Shown here: positions 50,969 to 60,407 of the stretch, piece by piece
Layout of the letters: every line of letters begins with the position of its first letter
Position numbering within the stretch: the first letter of the stretch is position 1
Assembly: GCA_040220235.1 (NCBI GenBank)
Contig: JAVJTO010000031.1
Direction: 5' to 3' (one strand)
DNA length: 64,000 bases
From: Coleofasciculus sp. B1-GNL1-01
GTDB taxonomy: Bacteria > Cyanobacteriota > Cyanobacteriia > Cyanobacteriales > Coleofasciculaceae
Notes under the pieces: generated by a model
Told to the model about the DNA's origin: nothing
Database searches by the model: none
Seen by the model: the letters and a program-made list of their open reading frames with translations, nothing else
Made by a program: the position numbers and the translations under genes

Positions 50969-51937
50969 TCAGGCGTTAGTTTTTTGTTCAACCCAGGCAA
51001 TCACGTCTTTGCCTAAGCACGTACCATTAAGTTGGTCAATCTCGCGGATACCTGTGGGACTGGTAACGTTCACCTCAGTGAGATAGCCACCAATCACATC
51101 GATTCCCACAAAATACAAACCATCTTGTTGCAACTGTGGCTTGAGTAAAGCACAAATTTTTTGCTCTTGCGGTGTAATTTCTGTCGCCGCCACTCGACCC
51201 CCAACTGCCATGTTGCCGCGAAATTCGCTGCCTGTAGGAATGCGATTGACTGCCCCAATCGGGTCACCATTGAGCAGGATGATCCGCTTATCTCCCTCTT
51301 TAGCCGCCGGAAGATAGGTTTGCACCATGACAGGTTCAAGCCCCCATTTGGTGCTAACTTCAACTAGGGAATTAAAGTTGCGATCGCCTGCTTCTAGAAA
51401 CAGAATCCCTTCCCCAGCTTTACCGCCCAAGGGTTTAAGCACGGCTGCTCCTTGTTTCTCGACGAATTTCTGGATGGTCAACTTATCCTGGCTAACAATG
51501 GTTTCCGGAATTACTTCATTAAACTGTAGGGCATACATTTTCTCATTTGCCCGTCGCAAACCTGTCGGCGTATTGATAACCTGAGTCTTTTTGGGGTTGA
51601 TGTAGTCAAGAATGTACGTCGCATAGAGGTAGGGAATAGTCACGGGGGGGTCAGTCCGCATAAACACAGCATCCATATCCTCTAACGGTAGGGATACAGT
51701 ATCCGAGATAGCGTACCAGCGTTCACTTACCACCCAACGCCCCTCAACGAGTTCGGCTGGGGTTAGCTGGACTTTCTCCAGATTTGCCCACGCTTGATTC
51801 TTAACAACTGTTAGCTTTTGAGCTTGAGTAATCCAAACGTCATGACCTAAGGCTTGGGCAGCTTCCATGAGTGCCACACTCGTATCATGACTGGGATTAA
51901 GCTTTGAGAGCGGGTCAATGATAAACGCAAATTTCAC
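50969..51937 (-). CDS. gshB: Glutathione synthetase
   Basis: HDTS, FMRTDPP, ANEK, GDKRI, FRGNMAVGG, EVNVTSPTG. Confidence 0.97.
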   Translation of the reverse strand: MKFAFIIDPLSKLNPSHDTSVALMEAAQALGHDVWITQAQKLTVVKNQAWANLEKVQLTPAELVEGRWVVSERWYAISDTVSLPLEDMDAVFMRTDPPVTIPYLYATYILDYINPKKTQVINTPTGLRRANEKMYALQFNEVIPETIVSQDKLTIQKFVEKQGAAVLKPLGGKAGEGILFLEAGDRNFNSLVEVSTKWGLEPVMVQTYLPAAKEGDKRIILLNGDPIGAVNRIPTGSEFRGNMAVGGRVAATEITPQEQKICALLKPQLQQDGLYFVGIDVIGGYLTEVNVTSPTGIREIDQLNGTCLGKDVIAWVEQKTNA

Positions 51938-52110
51938 GCTGGAATCCTACCTCGGTGATTAATAATCAAGTTGCGGCTAATAGTACCATTTTGGGGTTTG
52001 TCGGGGCGGGTTTAGGGACGTTCGTTTCACTATTGACGATAACGTTGGTTCAAAACCCGCCCCCAGCTTCCCCAGCTTCTCCAGCTTCCCCAGCTCCCGG
52101 AACTCCCCTA

Positions 52111-52389
52111 TCAATGACTCGCCCCTGCTCCGTCTTGCAGTAAGGTATCTAGTTCACCTTGTAGTTCTAACCCATACAGGTCATCGCAACCCCCAATATG
52201 GTGGTCATTGATAAAAATTTGTGGCAGAGAACGGCGTCCATTTGCCCGTTGTGCCATTTGCTCTCGCGCCTGTTCATCGCCATCGATACAATATTCGGTA
52301 AAGTTAATGCCCTTTTCATTGAGCAACCCTTTAGCTCGCATACAATAGGGACAACGACTCCAGGTATAAATTTCGACCTTGGGTTCCAT
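52111..52389 (-). CDS. grxC: Glutaredoxin 3
   Basis: CPYC, SLPQIFI, GGCDDL; adjacent to gshB. Confidence 0.95.
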   Translation of the reverse strand: MEPKVEIYTWSRCPYCMRAKGLLNEKGINFTEYCIDGDEQAREQMAQRANGRRSLPQIFINDHHIGGCDDLYGLELQGELDTLLQDGAGASH

Positions 52390-53091
52390 TCTCTTTTCTC
52401 AACGTCAGCAACATGTCTTGAATTTTAGCTTTCTTCGCCGGAACGTCTGCACACAGTAATTAAAATTAAGTCATTCAAGCTCAACTTAAGCTAAAACGTG
52501 ATCAAAATCACATATTGGTGTTGCCTCAAATGCCAGACGGGGTTTAGCTAAACTTGTTAGGCTGTGGAAAACAGTAGGTATAAACTAGAGGTAAAGCGTC
52601 TCAGACCTGATGCTAATCCGTGAGGAAGTAGTATCAGATATAGTAGCTAGACCCCTTGACCCAAAAAGGAACTGGATCGCTCCCGTGCAACTACCTTCCT
52701 CAGACCACTACTGCTGAATAGCCTTGAATGATGAGCGGTGTGAGCAACTCAAGAGTGTCAGGAACGGATTGATCGCGATCACGGAAGTTATTCCCTGGTG
52801 ATAAATTCCGCAGGCGTTACATGTTACTTGACGTCCCTAAGCTCGTCCATCCACAATCAAAACAACTGGTTCAAATCAGCTTAAACAAAAAAACTCCTAA
52901 ACTACCATGACTATATCTACTTATATCTCTCCGGGAGTTTTATTGGGTTGCCTGCCGCTAATAAGGATATGTTGATGATTACTCCGGGTCGGTGGAGATG
53001 TTAAGACTGTGGGAATTGGATGAAAAAGACTCCTCATCAACCTGAAAACACTAACAAATGGACTGTCTGAAAAAGCCTGCAAGGAAAAATT

Positions 53092-53997
53092 ATGTCTAGT
53101 CAGCACAACGGATTCACAATTCACTTTTGGGGCGTTAGAGGAAGTATTGCCTGTCCGGGTCCAGAAACGGTTCGCTATGGCGGAAATACTCCTTGTGTGG
53201 AAATGCGAGTGGGTAAAGAACGATTAATTTTTGATGGAGGTACGGGCTTGCGGGTGTTGGGACAGTCCATGCTGTCACAAATGCCAGTGGAGGCTCACAT
53301 GTTTTTCACCCACTCCCACTGGGATCATATTCAAGGGTTTCCGTTTTTTGTTCCCGCGTTTATCAAAACCAATCGTTTCCGTATCTATGGAGCGATCGCG
53401 CCTAATGGTTCCACGATTAAGCAACGCCTCACCGACCAAATGCTCCATCCCAATTTTCCCGTCCCCTTGCAAGTCATGCAAGCTGATTTGCAGTTCTATG
53501 ACCTAGAGGTTGGTGAAAGCGTTGAGCTGGGCGAGATTACCGTCGAAAATACCTTGCTCAATCATCCCGGTGAAGCCGTGGGATATCGGGTGAATTGGCG
53601 GGGACATGCAGCCGCCTACATTACCGATACCGAACATAGACCTAGTGGTTTAGATGAAAATATCTTAAAACTGATTCAAGATGTGGATGTGCTGATCTAC
53701 GACGCCACCTACACGGATACTGAATATTATTCTCCGGCAACGAGCAAAGTGGGGTGGGGTCATTCAACTTGGCAAGAAGGCATTAAGTTAGCCAAAGCCG
53801 CTAACGTGAAAACTCTGGTTATCTTTCACCACGATCCGTTACACAACGATGATTTCTTGGATCGAATTGGGGAAGAAGCCATTCAACACTTTCGCAATAC
53901 CGTTATGGCTCGTGAAGGCTTGTCCATTTCTTTGGTGGAGTCGGCTGTCTCCGATCCAGTGCCCCTACAACAAGAGATAAAAGCTTCGATTCGATAA
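53092..53997 (+). CDS. MBL-fold metallo-hydrolase
   Basis: FWGVRGS, YGGNT, THSHWDHIQG, TDTEH, WGHS, FHHDP. Confidence 0.9.
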   Translation: MSSQHNGFTIHFWGVRGSIACPGPETVRYGGNTPCVEMRVGKERLIFDGGTGLRVLGQSMLSQMPVEAHMFFTHSHWDHIQGFPFFVPAFIKTNRFRIYGAIAPNGSTIKQRLTDQMLHPNFPVPLQVMQADLQFYDLEVGESVELGEITVENTLLNHPGEAVGYRVNWRGHAAAYITDTEHRPSGLDENILKLIQDVDVLIYDATYTDTEYYSPATSKVGWGHSTWQEGIKLAKAANVKTLVIFHHDPLHNDDFLDRIGEEAIQHFRNTVMAREGLSISLVESAVSDPVPLQQEIKASIR

Positions 53998-54125
53998 TAT
54001 CCCCGACTTTATCTCTCCTACCCGATCCCTGACGTCTTGAAGAAGTCGGGGATCTAATTTAACGCAAAGCCAACGAGTTGGTCAAGATCTAGCCACGACT
54101 CCTAGAATGTGTAAAAATGTAAAGC

Positions 54126-55103
54126 GTGTGGGTTACTTCTTCTCTTGCCACTGCTTTAACACCAACTGCTGTTGCCCTAGGAAACTTTGACGGCATTCAC
54201 CGAGGGCATCAACAGGTGATTCATCCTATTTTGCAGCACTCTAGCCTTTTACCCGGTCAGTCTGAGCCAATACATCCTCAAGAGAGGGTTAATCAGGAAG
54301 GAGAGCATATTTATCCGACTTTGGCAACCTTTTATCCCCATCCCCGTGAATTTTTTTCCGGTCAACCGTGGAAGTTATTGACGCCAAAACCCGAAAAAGT
54401 AGACCAGTTAAAGCGCTTGGGCATTGAACAACTGGTGCTGCTGCCCTTTGACCGAGAACTGGCGGCATTAAGTCCAGAACAATTCGTGGACAAGATTTTA
54501 ATTGAACAATTGCGAGCCACCCATGTCAGTATCGGAGAGGATTTTCGCTTCGGATATCGCCGGACTGGAACCGCGAAGGACTTGCAGGCGATCGCTGCTA
54601 CGTATGGGGTTAAGGTTAGCATCGTTACCCTCCAAACCTGTCAAGGGGAACGGATCAGCAGTTCCTTAATCCGCAAATCCCTAGAGGAAGGAGATATCCT
54701 CAAAGCTAATCGCTTACTGGGTCGTCCTTACAGCATCAGGGGTCAAGTGATTAAAGGACAGCAATTAGGCAGAACGATAGGATTTCCCACCGCCAATCTA
54801 GAATGGTTCCCCGACAAGTTTTTACCCCGCAATGGGGTTTACTGTGTGCGCGTCAGTAGTCCCTCAGTCCCGGAGCAATGGGGTGTAATGAATATTGGAG
54901 AACGTCCTACCGTCAAGGGAACTTGCTTGACAGTTGAGAGTCACCTGCTAAATTGGTCTGGTGATTTATACGGACAGACGATAACCGTGAGCCTAGAGCA
55001 GTTTTTGCGACCAGAACAAAAATTTGCCTCCCTCGATGATCTCAGGAAGCAAATCCAGGCTGACTGTGCGGCGACAATCACTTTTTTTGAATCTCAGCAA
55101 TAG
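54126..55103 (+). CDS. ribF: Bifunctional riboflavin kinase/FAD synthetase
   Basis: LGNFDGIHRGH, ISSSLIR, GRTIGFPTAN, NIGERPT. Confidence 0.96.
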   Translation: MWVTSSLATALTPTAVALGNFDGIHRGHQQVIHPILQHSSLLPGQSEPIHPQERVNQEGEHIYPTLATFYPHPREFFSGQPWKLLTPKPEKVDQLKRLGIEQLVLLPFDRELAALSPEQFVDKILIEQLRATHVSIGEDFRFGYRRTGTAKDLQAIAATYGVKVSIVTLQTCQGERISSSLIRKSLEEGDILKANRLLGRPYSIRGQVIKGQQLGRTIGFPTANLEWFPDKFLPRNGVYCVRVSSPSVPEQWGVMNIGERPTVKGTCLTVESHLLNWSGDLYGQTITVSLEQFLRPEQKFASLDDLRKQIQADCAATITFFESQQ

Positions 55104-55119
55104 GGAATGGGGAAGGGTA

Positions 55120-56028
55120 ATGAGAGAACGGATTGAGCAACTCAAAGAAAATCTGGCTCAGACGATTGTAGGTAAAGCCGATGCCATTCGGTTAGTCTTG
55201 GTTGCTTTACTCTCAGGCGGTCATGCTTTGCTAGAGGATGTGCCTGGGGTGGGTAAAACTCTGCTGGCAAAATCCTTGGCACGTTCCATTGATGGGCGAT
55301 TTCAGCGCATTCAATGTACCCCGGATCTCTTACCTGCGGATATCACCGGGACGAATATCTGGAATCCCAGTAGCCGTGAATTTGAATTTCTGGCTGGTCC
55401 AGTCTTTGCCAATATTCTACTGACGGATGAAATTAACCGGGCAACCCCGCGCACACAGTCAGCCTTACTGGAGGTGATGGAAGAACGGCAAGTTACGGTG
55501 GATGGGAAATCTCGTAATGTTCCCCAACCCTTTTTTGTGATTGCTACTCAAAATCCGATTGAGTATCATGGGACATTTCCCTTGCCAGAGGCGCAAATGG
55601 ATCGATTTACCCTATCTTTATCCCTGGGTTATCCGACGCCTGAGGAAGAACTGCAAATGCTGCAACTGCATCAGGGAGGGATGGTGCTTTCGGAGCTTAA
55701 ACCCTGTATTTCAACAGAGGACGTTTTGGAATTACAGCGTCTTTGTCAACAGGTGCAAGTGGAACGAGAGTTACAGCAGTATATTCTCAACTTAGTACGG
55801 GCATCTCGTGAGGCGGAAGATGTGGTCTTAGGAGTCAGTCCACGGGGTACTGTAGCCTTACAACGGGCGGCACAAGCTTTGGCATTTTTGGACGGGCGAA
55901 ATTATGCGATTCCCGATGATGTGAAGATGCTGGCACCTCATGTTCTGTCCCATCGTCTCATGGCAGCAGGAGGACGACAGGCGAAGCCAATTGTTGAACA
56001 GTTATTGCGTTCTGTGGCAATTCCGTAA
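55120..56028 (+). CDS. MoxR-family AAA+ ATPase
   Basis: EDVPGVGKT, RIQCTPDLLPAD, DEINRA, ATQNP, LPEAQMDRF. Confidence 0.93.
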   Translation: MRERIEQLKENLAQTIVGKADAIRLVLVALLSGGHALLEDVPGVGKTLLAKSLARSIDGRFQRIQCTPDLLPADITGTNIWNPSSREFEFLAGPVFANILLTDEINRATPRTQSALLEVMEERQVTVDGKSRNVPQPFFVIATQNPIEYHGTFPLPEAQMDRFTLSLSLGYPTPEEELQMLQLHQGGMVLSELKPCISTEDVLELQRLCQQVQVERELQQYILNLVRASREAEDVVLGVSPRGTVALQRAAQALAFLDGRNYAIPDDVKMLAPHVLSHRLMAAGGRQAKPIVEQLLRSVAIP

Positions 56029-56309
56029 GAGGATCTCGTAGAAAATTGTCATAAAAGCGACAAAATTATTTCGGTTAGGACGAAGGGTGGGTTTTGCTGT
56101 TCCATTATCGGTGGGGAGGAGAGGTTTTGTTTTTGATGTAGTTAATTTATCGGTGAGGAGGGCGGGTTTTGTTGAACATTTATTGGTGGATATCTGAATT
56201 AAGTCCCTAAACCCGCCCCTACGATTTGTCCCTAAAGGGAATTTCTCAAATTGACCCTGATACATTTTTGGAGGGTCAGAAATAAAAAATGACAAATGAC
56301 GGATGACGA

Positions 56310-56855
56310 ATGACAAACTATAACAATCTGCGATCGCACACTGTTTTATTTGTACTTGTACTGGTTTGGAGTATCCTTCTCGGCGGCGGTATGGCAGGGG
56401 TTTTAAGGGCAGCAGAGACACCTCAACCCCCGAATTTAGAAACACTGATGGCGATTGGCACTGTTGATCCAATTCCAGAGCGCTATCAAACTGGATTAAA
56501 ACTGTACCTGGAAAACTGTGGCAGTTGTCATGTTGCCTTACCCCCAGAAGTTATGCCAACTCAAACCTGGGAAACTTTGCTATTAGAACCTGAACAGCAT
56601 TATGGACAACGGTTAGAGCAGATTCCGCGTCCATTTATCTTCATTGTCTGGAATTATTTACGAACGTTTTCTCGTCCTGTAGGGGAAGATGAGCAAGCAC
56701 CCTTTCGGGTGACTGAATCACGGTATTTTAAAGCCCTTCATCCCCGTGTTGATTTACCTCCGACATTGACGGCGGCTGGATGCATCAGTTGTCATCCGGG
56801 AGCAAGAGATTATGACTATCGACGTTTAACGCCAGAGTGGGAAGATTCACCGTAG
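56310..56855 (+). CDS. Diheme cytochrome c-like protein
   Basis: Signal/TM, CGSCH and CISCH. Confidence 0.85.
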   Translation: MTNYNNLRSHTVLFVLVLVWSILLGGGMAGVLRAAETPQPPNLETLMAIGTVDPIPERYQTGLKLYLENCGSCHVALPPEVMPTQTWETLLLEPEQHYGQRLEQIPRPFIFIVWNYLRTFSRPVGEDEQAPFRVTESRYFKALHPRVDLPPTLTAAGCISCHPGARDYDYRRLTPEWEDSP

Positions 56856-57069
56856 GAATGTGGAAAGATGATGGATTTGATTGTTATTTTTGCTTGAATG
56901 GATTACTATAGAATGTATGTAATTTGAATAATAATTGAAAGTGACTTAGGACGTCAATTCGCTCTAGCGAAAAGTACCTAGGCACAAAAATAATTATCCC
57001 GTCTGATGTGTATTTTAGATACGCATATAAGACGGTTCGTTTTTTTTGTTGTCTAGATAGGAGCGAATT

Positions 57070-57276
57070 ATGCCAGCACGAGGAAACCTATCTGATTCAG
57101 GAATCCTAGCAGAGGCTTATCAGCTACTGAGGGAAGGTTCAGCTAAAACATTATGTCAAGCCCTCGATATACTCATGAGAGATGCCAAAACTACTCGTGA
57201 CACCGCTAGAATTCTTAGAATCAAAGGAACCCAGAAGGCTAAAGGATGCCGCCGTAGTCGCCGACGAAAAGGTTAA
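57070..57276 (+). CDS. Stand-alone Ntox34-like (polymorphic toxin tip) protein
   Basis: GNLSD (GNxxD), CQALDIL and RIKGTQKAKGCR; own AGGAG SD; in-frame stop just upstream. Confidence 0.6.
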   Translation: MPARGNLSDSGILAEAYQLLREGSAKTLCQALDILMRDAKTTRDTARILRIKGTQKAKGCRRSRRRKG

Positions 57277-57286
57277 ATACATTCAG

Positions 57287-58090
57287 ATGGTTCAGCAGAC
57301 GATTCAGACATGGATAGAAGATTGCGCTTCCGATGATCCGTCACGGCAAGCAAAAGCTGTGATTGAGCTAGTGGATGCTCAAGCTTATGTGGCTGCACCG
57401 CAAATCGTAACGTTGCTAACTGCGGCTGATCCGGCGATTCGCTCTACGGCGGCTTACGCCTTGGGTTATCTGGGAATACAGGAACCAGAAACAATTGGTT
57501 GTACCTTAATAAACTTACTTAACGATCCAGAAGTAATTGTTAGATCTGAAGTGGTTGAGGCACTGGGAGGGCTTCGTTATAAACCTGCGATCGCACCTAT
57601 TCAGCATGCTTTACGAAATGATGCTGAGCCACTGGTTCGGGCTTCAGCGGCTGAAGCATTGGGAGATATAGGGGATGAACAAGCTTTAACAGCCCTAGAA
57701 GATGCCCTAAAGGATGCTGATGAGGCTGTGCGAGCTTATGCGGCTAACTCCATTGGGCTTTTAGGTACAGCGCAACTTTTACCTAAACTTGAAGTATATC
57801 TGAAATCTGAATCTTCTGTGAAAGTACAAGCCGAATTGCTCGGAGCAATGTATCGGCTGGGCGCGGTAGATGCCTTAAGTCAGCTCTTAAATTTGTTGGA
57901 TAATGCTGATGAAGATTTGGCAACCTGTATTCTGAATCTTTTAACGGATTTAACAGAACGCCAAATTCCCTCAACGCTGATAGAGAGCGCCTCTGAGATT
58001 CGCCAGTCATTATCCGCGATCGCACAACATTTTCCGATACTGCGTTATCAAGCTGAAGATATTGGCGAACAGTTAATAACTGGAGTTTAG
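57287..58090 (+). CDS. HEAT-repeat protein (candidate immunity/antitoxin)
   Basis: Repeats of the form D.DP.(I/V)R..AA.ALG.LG; ATG 10 nt after the toxin-like stop. Confidence 0.8.
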   Translation: MVQQTIQTWIEDCASDDPSRQAKAVIELVDAQAYVAAPQIVTLLTAADPAIRSTAAYALGYLGIQEPETIGCTLINLLNDPEVIVRSEVVEALGGLRYKPAIAPIQHALRNDAEPLVRASAAEALGDIGDEQALTALEDALKDADEAVRAYAANSIGLLGTAQLLPKLEVYLKSESSVKVQAELLGAMYRLGAVDALSQLLNLLDNADEDLATCILNLLTDLTERQIPSTLIESASEIRQSLSAIAQHFPILRYQAEDIGEQLITGV

Positions 58091-58158
58091 ATGATGAAAT
58101 ATTGATTTAACCATCGTCACAAGCTGAGAAAGACTAACATATATCCCAAAAATTCGAT

Positions 58159-59079
58159 TTATTCATTTTCTATCGCGGGTAGAGCATAAAAGCCTAAGTG
58201 ATTGGCAACTGGACGTTCAACCATGGGAAGTTTGGTATGAATTGGCGCATTTAATACAGTAGTTCCTGATGATGTTGCCATTACTAATGTGCTGGAACCG
58301 CCTCCGTCTAAGTTTAAGGCTTGATCAGCACCTAAATTAATGACAATTTCAGCTAATTCAGCTAAGGTTACTCCTTCGCTGTAAAAGGGTTGCTTGCCAT
58401 CTACAGCAATTAGCCATAATTTTTGACCTTGCTGATCAACAGCGACAGCGATTCGTGAGTAGGGTTTGGTGTTACTGTGCTGAGAGAGACTAGCCGTGAC
58501 AGGCTTACCATGGTTGACAAAAATACGATTACCCGCAACCGCCTGCACTGTACCTTCTGGACAGTTTCCCTGTTCAACAATTTGGGCGCGATCGCTCTCT
58601 AAAAAGCATAACGCAGACCAATTCGTTTTCGGGGGTGAGTAACGATTGCTATTGGATATGGCTTGTCCGATTACAGTCGTGCGATCGCCACTATGAGGAT
58701 AATAATCCCAAGGCGTCTTTTCCCGAAAGGGATAGAAGAAGTTAGCATTGATTGCTAGTTGCAGTTTAAACTCGCGGACAAATTCTGAGGTGGTTCGCGC
58801 ATTGGTTACGGTATTATCTGACGTTGTTGTTCCTGGGGTAACAAATACCTTCACTCCGGGTGCTGTCAAGTCAATGGTGACACGATGAATAACCAGTGGG
58901 CGGGGTGATAATCGGACATCACGTTTATAAACAATACCCTGAAACAGGATTTTTTCCACATCAGTACGGGGTGGGCGTAAGCTAATCAGCCGACTATAAA
59001 GTAGTAGTGGGATAGCTAAGATACCCATACCCGCAATGATGAAAAATTGCTTCCAGTTAATCCAATTTCGGTGACTCAT
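58159..59079 (-). CDS. Phosphodiester glycosidase (NAGPA-like) family protein
   Basis: AINANFF, R.AVA, VDGKQ, ALNLDGGGSS, ERPVAN; N-terminal TM. Confidence 0.88.
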   Translation of the reverse strand: MSHRNWINWKQFFIIAGMGILAIPLLLYSRLISLRPPRTDVEKILFQGIVYKRDVRLSPRPLVIHRVTIDLTAPGVKVFVTPGTTTSDNTVTNARTTSEFVREFKLQLAINANFFYPFREKTPWDYYPHSGDRTTVIGQAISNSNRYSPPKTNWSALCFLESDRAQIVEQGNCPEGTVQAVAGNRIFVNHGKPVTASLSQHSNTKPYSRIAVAVDQQGQKLWLIAVDGKQPFYSEGVTLAELAEIVINLGADQALNLDGGGSSTLVMATSSGTTVLNAPIHTKLPMVERPVANHLGFYALPAIENE

Positions 59080-59091
59080 CGTTCTCAATTC

Positions 59092-59898
59092 ATGATTCAT
59101 TCGCACCCGCTTAACTTTACTAACCAAGACTTGCGAAACCGCTCTTTTAAAGGTCAAAACCTAAACGGTGCAGACTTTAGCGGTTCAGATATTCGAGGTT
59201 GTGATTTTAGTTATGCTTCCTTAAAAGGAGCCAATTTTGAGCGAGTCAAGGTGGGTCAAACACTCAGACAGATCATCTTGGTACTAGGGGTGGCGGTGAT
59301 AGTGGCATTATTAGCAGTTGATGCGATCGCGCATACAATTTTTGGGGCTTTGGGTCAGATTCCGGGAGGTTCAACTTGGGCTTATATTCTAGCCTTATAT
59401 ATTAGTTTGGGAATTGCTGGGGCGGGTTCGGGAGTTAGGAATCTCACGGGTATCAAGTCTAGCGTCGGACAGATTGCAACCGTGATATCGGGAACAGCAT
59501 CCGGTGCTTTGCTGAGTTTCTTCTACGCCGGAACCACCACTGACAACAACCCCCAAATCGCTACGGCGGCGGCGGTGTTGGGAGGGATAATCGCAGCAAT
59601 TATCAGTTTCAAAGTGAGAAGTCGATTCGTCGCCATTGCGATCACAGTGGCGGGAACTCTCGCGGGGTACGGGTTTGCCTTTCTGGTGGGAACGAGTGCG
59701 ATCGCGTTTTTAAGCGTGCAAAAGCTAACGTTGGGAGTTGTCTGGAGTTGTTTATCGGTGAGTTTTCTCTGGCTGACGATGCACTCCCTGATCCTCACGA
59801 TTCGAGAAATTAAAGAGTTTTCGGGGACATGCTTTAGGGGTGCTAACTTGACGAATGCTTTATTTGAGCCAAGTCTGAGAGAAAAAGCGAATAACTGA
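59092..59898 (+). CDS. Pentapeptide-repeat membrane protein
   Basis: QDLRNRSFKGQNLNGADFSGSDIRGCDF pentapeptides, multiple TM, short terminal pentapeptide. Confidence 0.8.
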   Translation: MIHSHPLNFTNQDLRNRSFKGQNLNGADFSGSDIRGCDFSYASLKGANFERVKVGQTLRQIILVLGVAVIVALLAVDAIAHTIFGALGQIPGGSTWAYILALYISLGIAGAGSGVRNLTGIKSSVGQIATVISGTASGALLSFFYAGTTTDNNPQIATAAAVLGGIIAAIISFKVRSRFVAIAITVAGTLAGYGFAFLVGTSAIAFLSVQKLTLGVVWSCLSVSFLWLTMHSLILTIREIKEFSGTCFRGANLTNALFEPSLREKANN

Positions 59899-60101
59899 AT
59901 TCTCGTCTGGATCAGCAATTTTAGGGGATATGCCAATCACAATAAATAGTTTACTGGAGTATCAGAGGATGGGTTTTTTACCCCGATTGCACCCCCTATC
60001 TCTCTTGATGGAGGTTGTCATCTGATTCCCCGACTATCCTAAGCAGTATCTCAGGGTAAATCCCTGTTCATTCAACATCTTTGAGGCTTTAGCTGTCATT
60101 C

Positions 60102-60251
60102 ATGCAATATCGAACAACAATCGGGTGGTCACTTCTTACTTCGGGAATCGTAACCCTCTTGCTCAAGAGTTTCCCAGGTAACTCCCTGTGGTGGGGAATT
60201 GGTTTTCTCGTTATCGGAACGGTTATACTCTTGGCGCGAAAAGCTGTTTAG
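60102..60251 (+). CDS. Small two-TM protein (49 aa, not in ORF track)
   Basis: Manual translation MQYRTTIGWSLLTSGIVTLLLKSFPGNSLWWGIGFLVIGTVILLARKAV*. Confidence 0.55.
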   Translation: MQYRTTIGWSLLTSGIVTLLLKSFPGNSLWWGIGFLVIGTVILLARKAV

Positions 60252-60407
60252 TATTCCCAAAACCTGGCATTATTAGGCAAGATGACTCATTTTGCTCGAC
60301 CACCAGCGACAAGGGAATCAACCTGACCAAACGACAACATCCCGGAACTGTTTCCAAGTCCGGGATGAGGCGATCGCATCAGCCGAAAACTTAATTAAAA
60401 TTAAACC

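Noticed and set aside
55120..56028. MoxR as part of a MoxR-vWA conflict system
   Set aside because: No vWA or DUF58 partner is adjacent; the ribF-linked context looks like housekeeping
57182..57286. N-terminal extension of the HEAT ORF overlapping the small toxin-like ORF
   Set aside because: The HEAT-like sequence starts after ATG 57287; the extension is the alternative frame of the upstream gene
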